A DNA stretch of 14,727 bases from Fonticula alba ATCC 38817 (lineage: Eukaryota > Protista > Nucleariida): the NCBI GenBank assembly GCA_000388065.2, contig KB932207.1. One strand, 5' to 3'. Of this stretch, positions 6,937 to 14,727 are shown one piece after another; positions within the stretch are counted from its first letter, which is position 1; every line of letters starts with the position of its first letter. The translations under genes and the position numbers were made by a program. A model generated the notes under the pieces. That model was not told the origin of the DNA, searched no databases, and saw only the letters and a list, made by a program, of their open reading frames with translations.

Positions 6937-8976
6937 GGGGAGGGGGTGTGAGCAGATGGAAGTGCAAACAGGAGGCCATTGAAAGGGCCCACTCCGTCCC
7001 CCGCTCGCACCATCCCCCCCACTCGAGGGAGCGGCGCAAAGGAAGTGTGGGAGAAGGAGAGCCGGAACGCACTGCGAAGCTTGGAGAGGAGAGAGTCGCT
7101 CGGGGCCGACGCCTCGGTCGAGTCAGCGCCCGCCGAGGGGGCAGCCGCCGCAGCGGCACCACCATCGTCAGAGCCAGCGGCCGGGGTGCCACCCTCACCG
7201 GAGGCCGTGGCCTCGGGGCTGGAGGAGTCGACCGGGGCCGTGGTGGTGGCAGTGGCGGCAGCGGCCGCCGCCGCGGTGGCAGCCTCCTTGGCCGCGCCCG
7301 CCCTGGCCGCGCCCTCCCGACGGGCGATGATGGCCCGCGCCGCGGCAGCCGCCTCGGCAGCCGCCTCCGGCCCCGGGCGCATGCTGTCGGCGAAGGTGCG
7401 CAGGAGCACCGTCTGGGCTTCGGTCAGCGGCCGCTCGCCCAGGGCCCCGGGCATGCGGACATTGATCGACACAACATGGTCACCGCGGCGCGGACGCCGG
7501 GAGCTGTGATCCGACACATAGGGCACACCCAGCCGCGGGAGGCGGATCTCGGCCCCGGTATTGGACCCGGCCGGCACATCGACCAGCTTCGTGCCGTCGA
7601 TGGTGTTGACCGGGAGCCCCTGGATGCCGAGCAGCGCGTCGGCCAGCGAAATGTCCACCCGGGCCACGATGTCGTGCTCCTTGCGCTCCCAGCCGCGGGT
7701 ATTGTCACGGGTGGCCACCTGGAAGACCACGGTCAGGTCCCCGGGCGGGCCCTTGCGGGAGCCGGCCCCGCCGCTGCCGCCAATCTCCATGGCATTGCCG
7801 TCGGCCATGCCGGGAGGCACCTTGATGGTCACGCGCTTGTGGTCCAGCACCACGCCCTCGCCCTCGCAAGGGTGGCACAGGAACTCCTCCTGCCCGGTGC
7901 CATTGCACGAGGGGCACATTTGCACGTAGGAGGCATTGAGGAAATTCTGCCGGACGAATTTGCTCCCCCGGCACTGGGAGCACACCCGCGGCCGGGTGTT
8001 CTTGCTGGTGCCGGCTCCGGAGCACGAGGGGCAGGTGACCGCCGCGCGGAACTCCACCTCCTTCTCGCACCCGGTGATGGCCTCCACCAGAGTCAGGCTG
8101 ACATTGGCCACGACATCCTCGCCGCGTCGGCGGAACATGCCGCCCGGGCCGCCGCCCATTCCCTGGCGCATCATGTTCTCCAGGATGTCGGAAAAGATGT
8201 CCCCACTGCCGTGGCCGCCATGGCCGCCGGCCCAGTTGAAGTCGAACCCGAAGCCGTCCATGCCACCGGCGTTGGGCCCGACCCGGCCAGCCTCAAGCAG
8301 TGTGTCATACTGGGCGCGCTTCTCCTTATCGAGCAAAATCTATCCCGGGGGGGGGGGGAGGAGCAGAGTGAGTCGTGTGTCGGCAACGTCAAGAGAATTG
8401 AGGCACGGGTGCAAGAAACAGTGGACGGGGGAAGAAAGAGAAGAAGGACAGAGGGGCGCATGAATCTCATGTGCACACGGGCACACAGACAGACACCGAC
8501 AGATACAGACAGACACAGACAGACACCGACAGATACAGACAGATACAGACACAGACAGACACCGACACACACGCACCTTCTTGGCCAGCAGGGCTTGCTG
8601 CAGCTTTTCCTGGTTCGAGTGGTCACCCTGGTTGCGATCCGGGTGCGCCTCGCGGACGATCTGGCCCGGCGGAGAAGGCACAATGAGAGGAAAGGGGGGA
8701 GGGGGGATCGGGGGGGGGGGGTCAGGCAATCGCAACACCAGGTGGAGGAGCACAGAAGGCAGGCAGAGGAAGGATCATGCATACCCGGGATGAAGCGGAC
8801 TTGATCTCGGCATCGGTGGCATTCTTCGAAACGCCGAGGACGTCATAGAGATTGAGCTTGAGCGCCTCCTCGGTGAGATTGCGCCGGACAACCGACGGCC
8901 CGGCGGTGGAAGAGGGAGGCTGAGTGTTGAAGGCCAGCCGGCTGGCGGCGAAGAGGCCACCCGAGCGGGCTGCCAT
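6321..8976 (-). CDS. dnaJ: type I DnaJ/Hsp40 co-chaperone, probably mitochondrial (Mdj1/DNAJA3-like), 4 exons, 521 aa in the preferred model
   Basis: Exons 8976-8785, 8660-8577, 8339-7073, 6343-6321; introns GTATGC..CAG, GTGCGT..TAG, GTGCGT..CAG with consistent phases. The spliced J-domain reads NLYDVLGVSKNATDAEIKSASSR|IVREAHPDRNQ...AKK|ILLDKEKRAQYD. Then a G/F region with DIF motif, four Zn-finger repeats (CPSCSGAG, CSQCRGSK, CPSCNGTG, CHPCEGEG) and CTD motifs (KVPPG, GDLTV, ISLADALLG, RGDHVV). The N-terminal 30 aa are R/S/A-rich with no acidic residues (presequence-like). The last exon gives ...LLSKLRNLFTSAK* and is less certain than the rest. Confidence 0.92.
6361..6598. repeat. compound (AG)n microsatellite with five GATAGACAG interruptions, inside DnaJ intron 3
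   Basis: GATAGACAG at 6462, 6488, 6508, 6550 and 6572. Confidence 0.9.
8491..8550. repeat. 10-bp-period minisatellite in DnaJ intron 2
   Basis: Units AGACACCGAC, AGATACAGAC, AGACACAGAC, AGACACCGAC, AGATACAGAC, AGATACAGAC. Confidence 0.9.
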
Positions 8977-9433
8977 GGCTGACGGGGGGGGGGGAGGAGG
9001 AGGAGAAGGGGATCAGTCACTGTGTGCGTGGGGGTGGCGGCGTGTAGGTGACGGGGCACAAGCAAACGCACTGGCCGAACGCAGGGAACCAGCCCGACGG
9101 CCCGCGGAGCCCAGGGCGGACATCAGGAGCGACATGGCGGAGGGGAGGAGGGGAGAGAGGGAGGGAGAAGAGGGGAGTTTGCCGAGAGCCGAAGCGCGTG
9201 GTGGGTATAATCAGGGATCGCAGGCAGACAGGTGCGCAATCAGAGTGCAGGGGAGCGGGGAGGGGGGAGGATCGCCCGGCAGATGCCTTGATAGGGAGGA
9301 GGGGGGAATCAGGCTCGAACGGGGCGAGGGGCGAGGGAGAGAGAGGGAGAGAGAGGCGAGGCAAGTTGAAAGTGGCCTCGAAAGTGCGAGATACTCGGAC
9401 CCCTTTGCGTTTTTTTTCTCCCCCCCCCCCCCC

Positions 9434-9555
9434 NNNNNNNNNNNNNNNNNNNNNNNNNNNNNNNNNNNNNNNNNNNNNNNNNNNNNNNNNNNNNNNNNNN
9501 NNNNNNNNNNNNNNNNNNNNNNNNNNNNNNNNNNNNNNNNNNNNNNNNNNNNNNN
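9434..9555. other. assembly gap (122 N)
   Basis: N characters following a C homopolymer. Confidence 0.99.
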
Positions 9556-9845
9556 CCCGGGGGCTACTCGGACCCGGTAGGCGGAGACCCCCGCCCAGCC
9601 CGGAAAGTTCGTATGACTGTGCGTACCCCCCCCCCCCCATCCCGCCGGTCAGGGGGGTGGGGGGACCATGGGAGATCCCTCCTCCGGCGCGCGGCGGCGG
9701 CGGTATCTAGGCCAGTGCCAATCTAGCAGGCGCTCACGTCCCAGAGTGCTGCCCCCCCCCCCCCCCTTCCCCACCAAGGCAGCCCATGTGTATCGTAAGC
9801 GGGACGCCGGGCGGGCGGAGGAATACACGCGGGACACACCATTCT

Positions 9846-9846
<1 letters not shown>

Positions 9847-9911
<65 letters not shown>
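9847..9911. repeat. G65 homopolymer
   Basis: Directly visible; exact length may be an assembly estimate. Confidence 0.9.
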
Positions 9912-10561
9912 CGACCCCGGGGATCGGGGCTTTGGCGAGGGCCGGGAATTCCACATTTTGGGCGTCCCCAGCGCTCTCCCCCCCTTCTTCCACCCCCGTC
10001 CCCCGCCGGGGCCCCCCGTTCGGCGGGTTGGGGAAAAAGGGCGCCGGGGGGGGGGGGCCCGCGCGGGCGGGGGGGGGGGGGAGGGGGGCGAGCACAAAAT
10101 GAACGGGGACGACGGAGGGAGAGACCGGGGGCGGGCAAACAGACCTCCGACGGCGGAAGGCTCCCCCCCCCCCCCCCGGAGGGGCGCAGCGTGGCCTCTG
10201 GAACTGGGCACCCCGTGTTGCCGGGCACCGCCCCGGGGCCGCCACCCCTGCATGTGATCCACACTCGCGGCGCATGAAGGCGCCTCGGTGATGAGTTCAA
10301 AGCATCGGGGGGAGGGGGGGCGTCGCCGCCCATGGAACCCTCTGGGCGGATCCCGCCCTGTGGGGTGCATCGGGGTCGGGGTGGGGTCGCCTCGGCGCGG
10401 TCGCGAAAAAGCCTCCAAAAAGCCAAGACAAAATGTCCCGCCGAGGAGGCCCAAGTTGGTCATCGTAAGTTATATCATAATGCCCTTTTGTTGGGCCCAA
10501 TTGCATGAATGCTATTTCTTGAGAATGCGCCTGAGCATGCTGTGAGAAAGACTATTTGGGG

Positions 10562-10569
10562 TATATTTT
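10562..10569 (+). promoter_or_regulatory. TATA-like element upstream of the tRNA gene
   Basis: TATATTTT at -28 to -21 from the tRNA first base, the usual TFIIIB position, in otherwise GC-rich DNA. Confidence 0.45.
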
Positions 10570-10589
10570 CCGGCACCAACCTACCGACA

Positions 10590-10661
10590 GGTTGAGTGGT
10601 GTAATGGTTATCACGGCAGACTCTGAATCTGTCAATCCGAGTTCGATTCTCGGCTCGACCT
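10590..10661 (+). tRNA. tRNA-Gln(CUG): tRNA-Gln, anticodon CUG (10623-10625), intronless, 72 nt
   Basis: Cloverleaf: acceptor GGTTGAG/CTCGACC, D-arm GTGTAATGGTTATCAC, anticodon stem GCAGA/TCTGT with loop CTCTGAA, short variable loop, T-arm CCGAG-TTCGATT-CTCGG, discriminator T. No encoded CCA. Confidence 0.97.
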
Positions 10662-10664
10662 TGC

Positions 10665-10669
10665 TTTTT
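10665..10669 (+). terminator. RNA polymerase III terminator (T5) of the tRNA-Gln gene
   Basis: TTTTT begins 4 nt after the tRNA discriminator base. Confidence 0.85.
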
Positions 10670-10890
10670 GGATTTCGCCTCGGATGACGACGCGTCTGGG
10701 CGCCCTCGTCCAGTGTCCCCCCCCCCCCCCGGCCCGTGTGTGTGTGTGTCTCTCTCTCCTTTGTGCTGACTTTCCGGGGCGGGGGGCGGCGCCCCCTTCT
10801 TTTTTGGCACCGTGTACGTGGCTGGACTGCGAAGCAGGCCAGAGTCCCTGGGTACAGTGGCTGTGCGTCCGCTGCCCGTCAGCACTGTCC

Positions 10891-11008
10891 NNNNNNNNNN
10901 NNNNNNNNNNNNNNNNNNNNNNNNNNNNNNNNNNNNNNNNNNNNNNNNNNNNNNNNNNNNNNNNNNNNNNNNNNNNNNNNNNNNNNNNNNNNNNNNNNNN
11001 NNNNNNNN
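10891..11008. other. assembly gap (118 N)
   Basis: N characters. Confidence 0.99.
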
Positions 11009-11727
11009 AGACGTGTGGGGGGGGGGGGGGGGAAAGAGAGAAAGAGACCCGCGGGGAGGGGTAGGCCGCGCGTCAGACCGGCGTGCCTCCTCCGCTCCCC
11101 CCTCCCCCGGACTGGAACTGTTGGCTCCGGAAGGACCTCGGCCGTGTCTGCGGGGGCGAACATCAGGCCGGACTGTGTGGGCCGAGGCCAGGCCGCGGCG
11201 CCCACGGGGGGGGGAAAAGCCCGGGGCATCAACTTGTCAGGGCTGAGTGCATGGATGATGATGCCCAGAGGGGGACATGAGGGCCGGAGCCGCGACCGGC
11301 CTCGGCTCCCCACGCGGAGCCCCTCAATATGGGTTTTCGAGCGGCCAGAGATCGGGAGATTCCAATATCCGCGGGCGGGGCGGGGCGCGCTGGCGGTCGA
11401 CCCCTCCGGGCATTCCTCCGGTGGCATAAATGACCTCCGACGGGTGGCGCCCGCGCCCAGAGGTCGCAGGTGCATTACGCGCCGGGGGGGGGGAAGCGAG
11501 AGAGCCGGGTTTTCCGCGCCGCGCGTTCATAGGAGGCGTCGCAGAAAACAGACGATGATACCCCCCTTCCCTGGGAACAACCTCGAGGCTTGCCAGGGGG
11601 GGGCGGGCATCTCCCGGCGACCGTCCCCCCCGCCTTACGCACACGGCCGGGGGGGGGGGGGGGCCCCCCAGGGCCTCTACAAGGGGGGGGGGGGGGGTGG
11701 GAGCCTCGGCCACAACAACTTTCCGGG

Positions 11728-11762
<35 letters not shown>

Positions 11763-11831
11763 GGGCGTCGGAGAAACCACCGCCGGCCCCGGGTCCGCGC
11801 GCACATTGGGTCTGGAGCAAATATCAAAGGC

Positions 11832-11837
11832 AATAAA
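11832..11837 (+). promoter_or_regulatory. AATAAA with no assigned gene
   Basis: CAATAAATAG inside a short AT-rich patch (about 11817-11852). Confidence 0.3.
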
Positions 11838-12794
11838 TAGGGGCTCTATTCTTGTCGCCACGCCGCTTTCTCTCCCGGGCCCAGGCCGGAGGAAGGGGCC
11901 GCCAGGCGGGAGTCCACCCATCATTGTGCCCCTCCGGGGGGCCACAGCCCGACCTGTGGGGCCTTTTCACACGATCCCCCGCCGGGAGGACAGCCACAAG
12001 CGGCCCCGGGGCCTCTCTGCGCTGCTCTCCCCCCCCCCCCCCTCGCCGGGGCCCTTTCTCGCGTGTCCCTCGGCTCATCCCGCGGGAGCGCTCCCCCTTT
12101 TCTTGGAGCCGAGGAGGAGGAGGAGGAGGATGGGCCTGCCTCGGAAGGGGCATGTCCTGCCCGGGGCCTACCTCGGGGGTTGCCGGCGCCCGCGCGGCGG
12201 CGTGTCCGCTGGCCTTTGCTCATTCACGCGTTCCCGGAGGGCTTCGCCGAATTCACAGGGCGGCGGTGTTCGCTTGGCGCGCGCGCTCGCATGAATACCC
12301 GCCCCCCTACCCTGCCCTCGTCCTGCCAGGAGCATGGCCCCGCCCCCCGGGCGCGCGGCGGGATCACTTGTACTGCCCGACCGCCCGGCAGGGGCCCCGA
12401 ACAAGCAGGTGTGCACTCTCGGCCACCCTTTGACGGGGCCGCCCCCCCGTGCCACCCCCCCCGCCCCGACCGGAAATCCATCCTCGCATCAGGGTCCCCG
12501 TCATCTGGCCCAGGGGCATTTCCATACACAGGGACCGGGGGCGCATTCGCGAGCTCACATTCACTTGGCCGGCCAACCGCCATCCGGACGCGGGAGGGGG
12601 GGCGGGCGGGGGGGCCCTGCCGGGTGCGGCGCCGGCGCAGGAGGGGCCTGCTGCGCGCCGCCCCCGTGCCTCCGCCAGAGGCGCTTTCCAGGCGGCCAAG
12701 TATTCGGCACTCCCGGCGGTTGTTGTTATTTTTTCTCCCCACGGCCTCGGTGGGTGTGTGCGCGCGCGCGCGCGCGTGCGCATTCGCACTAGCG

Positions 12795-12860
<66 letters not shown>
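12795..12860. repeat. C66 homopolymer followed by interrupted C-runs to about 12918
   Basis: Directly visible; exact length may be an assembly estimate. Confidence 0.9.
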
Positions 12861-12864
<4 letters not shown>

Positions 12865-13223
12865 CCCCCCCCCCCCCCGCCCCCCCCCCCTCCCCCCCCC
12901 CCCACCCCCCCCGCCCCCGCAATTGCCTGTTGAGCCCTCGGCACTGGGCCGAGGATTTCTCGGCCCCCGGCCCCCGGCCAGGGCCCAATCCCCCCGGGAC
13001 ATACTCGTGCATCCGTCTTCCTCCTCCTGCAGACGTGTTGTCCCACTCCCTCACCTCCCCCCCTCCTCCTCCTCCTTCTCTTGATTTGCATTTCCTCGCC
13101 TTCCCTGCCCGCGGCCCCGCGCCTCTGTTCTCCCTCCCCCCCCCACCCTCGCGTGAGCCACATCCTTTGCACGCGTTCGCCGGTCTCGCCTGTCGCCGGC
13201 CCTCCCCCGTCCCTTCAAAAAGC

Positions 13224-14629
13224 ATGAACGACCTCTTCCGGATTGTGGAGCACGGCGATGTTGCCACCCTCAAGGAGATCATCCACAGTGGCAGTGCGTC
13301 TGGCCTTCCCTGCCTCCTATCCCTCCTTCCCCTTTCGCTCTCCCTCACACACTCTCTCCCCCTGATGATGCTTTCATACTTACACTTTCGTGCTCGCTGC
13401 CAGGCATCGACATCAACGCCTGCATCGCCGATGGCTCAACCATCCTGCACTATGCCTGCACCATCGGCAACCCCGCCATCGTTTCCACCCTCCTGAGCCA
13501 TGTGCGTGCCCCTTCCGCCCTCCCTCCACGCATTCACCCCCTTCCCCTTCCTCTTCTTCTCCTCTCTCCCTCCCTTTTGTACCGGAGGCGTTTGCCTATC
13601 CTTACATGTCTCCCCCCCCCCACAGCCCAACATCATCCTCGACGCCACCAACAGCGACGGCAACACCCCGCTGCATGTGGCGGCCGCCTACACCCACCTG
13701 GCCATCGTCAAGCTCCTGATCAAGGCCGGCAACACGCCGCACTCCATCTTCTCGCACAACATCAAGGGCAAGCTACCGATCGACTATGCTGTCCATCCGG
13801 AAGTTCACTCGTACCTGGAGTGTACGCACCTCTCCCTCCTCTCTCCCCCCCCCCCCATGCACGCACTCGCCCGCTCGCCAATGCCCCCCCCCCCACTGTG
13901 GGGTCCGAAGGAGCGCCCCAGCGGTCTCCCCCATGCCCCCCCCCCCTCCTTGCCCTTTGCTTCGCCATTCACACCGTTTGCTCCCCCCCTCTCCCCCCTC
14001 TCCACCCACACACCGCCTGACAGCCTGCATGAGCATCCACGACCAGATCTACAACTTCACGCCCGACCCGAACGTCCTGAAGAAGTACATCATCGATCTG
14101 ACCATCGAATGGTCGGAGTTCCAGCTCCGCGCGCAGGAGGTCATCCACGAGCAGATCGAGCAAAAGCAGATTGCCCTGCACAAGCTGCACCTGGTGGAGC
14201 GTGCCACCGGTGTCACCGACAGCAATGGCGCCGCCTCGGTCATCGATCACCTGGCCCTGCTCCAGGACGAGAACGATCGCCTGACTTCGGAGCTGATGGA
14301 GATCCGCCGGAAGATGGCCATCCTGGAGGAGCACCTCCAGGAGCATGAGCGCTCGGAGGCCAACGACGCCAGCGCCGGCGATGCCGACGCCCCGGCCGAG
14401 ACGGCCGGCAGCAGCCCGGCCGCCGCCGGCGCCAGCGAGGACAGCGTCAACATGCTGAACACCGCCTACGAGAACCAGGCCCGCGTGGACGCCGAGGACG
14501 AGAAGAACGGCCTCATTGTCTACGTCAAGAATGCCAGCAGCGAGACCTCGCCCAACACTCGCCGGCAGATCCGCGGTGCAACCAAGGAGAAGCTGGTTGC
14601 CCGGCTGGCCGCGTATGGTGGTCCTTCCG
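13224..14629 (+). CDS. ankyrin-repeat + coiled-coil + RasGEF N-terminal (REM) domain protein, 5' partial (continues beyond window)
   Basis: Exons 13224-13293, 13404-13501, 13626-13821, 14024-14629 join in frame (donors GTGCGT, GTGCGT, GTACGC, GTGCGT; acceptors CAG). Ankyrin repeats: DLFRIVEHGDVATLKEII, DGSTILHYACTIGNPAIVSTLL, DGNTPLHVAAAYTHLAIVKLLIKAG, KGKLPIDYA. Heptad-like segment LALLQDENDRLTSELMEIRRKMAILEEHLQE. Ends IRGATKEKLVARL, the typical start of a REM domain. The CDC25 catalytic domain is not in the window, so the RasGEF call rests on this one motif. Confidence 0.88.
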
Positions 14630-14727
14630 GTGCGTGGCTCCGCCGCCTCGGTCTTTTTTGTTCCGCGTCCCTTTCGCTCTTTCGCTCCTTCTCCCTCGCT
14701 CTTGCTCTCACACACACACACACACAC

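Noticed and set aside
6344-7072. C-terminal part of the 671-aa track ORF (LSLSLSVY repeats)
   Set aside because: Translation of a pyrimidine-rich intron that lacks stops because A is scarce; bounded by a GTGCGT donor and CAG acceptor.
8491-8570. Tandem repeats as a CRISPR-like array
   Set aside because: No unique spacers; simple intronic minisatellite in a eukaryotic gene.
6705-8804. 699-aa plus-strand ORF
   Set aside because: Antisense shadow of DnaJ exons plus microsatellite translation.
10153-10303. GGAAGG and TGAGTTCAA resembling RNase P RNA CR-I and CR-IV
   Set aside because: CR-I match is incomplete, there is no complementary CR-V to form P4, and the interval is mostly C/G runs.
10548-10555. 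AAGACTAT resembling the U3 snoRNA 5' end
   Set aside because: No box A/B/C/D follows; the sequence runs straight into the tRNA flank.
11330-11368. WVFERPEIGRFQY resembling a beta/gamma-crystallin motif
   Set aside because: Single short partial match in a low-complexity ORF; no second Greek-key motif.
12331-12341. AGCATGGCCCC matching the U6 snRNA ISL region
   Set aside because: No upstream ACAGAGA box, no Pol III terminator, flanks do not match U6.
12389-12408. CAGG...AGCAG resembling SRP RNA helix 8
   Set aside because: The inner segment does not form the stem plus GNRA tetraloop; no Alu domain seen.
9649-13172. Many poly-Pro/poly-Gly ORFs (formin/extensin-like appearance)
   Set aside because: Produced by G/C homopolymers in all frames on both strands; no FH2 or other domain adjoins them.
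13969-14727. 252-aa minus-strand ORF
   Set aside because: Antisense shadow of ankyrin/RasGEF exon 4.

Overview
GC-rich eukaryotic nuclear DNA with short microsatellite-filled spliceosomal introns, long G/C homopolymers and four assembly gaps. The style resembles a Fonticula-like protist, which is an unverified impression. Supported genes: an intronless SLC35A-family UDP-sugar transporter (-, 1188-2690); a 242-aa acidic orphan ORF with a Lys-rich tail (-, 5577-6305); a 4-exon type I DnaJ with a mitochondrial-like presequence (-, 6321-8976); tRNA-Gln(CUG) (+, 10590-10661); and the 5' part of a multi-exon ankyrin/coiled-coil/RasGEF-N protein (+, from 13224, running off the window). The most unusual locus is the DnaJ/orphan junction. 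The DnaJ stop lies only 15 nt upstream of, and in frame with, the orphan's Kozak ATG. Two same-phase 3' splice acceptors 30 nt apart bracket that stop, after a ~645-nt stretch with no AG. This could give stand-alone DnaJ, a DnaJ-orphan fusion, or a dicistronic/overlapping arrangement. No CRISPR array, transposase or rRNA was recognised. All exon models were derived by eye and need RNA-seq confirmation.
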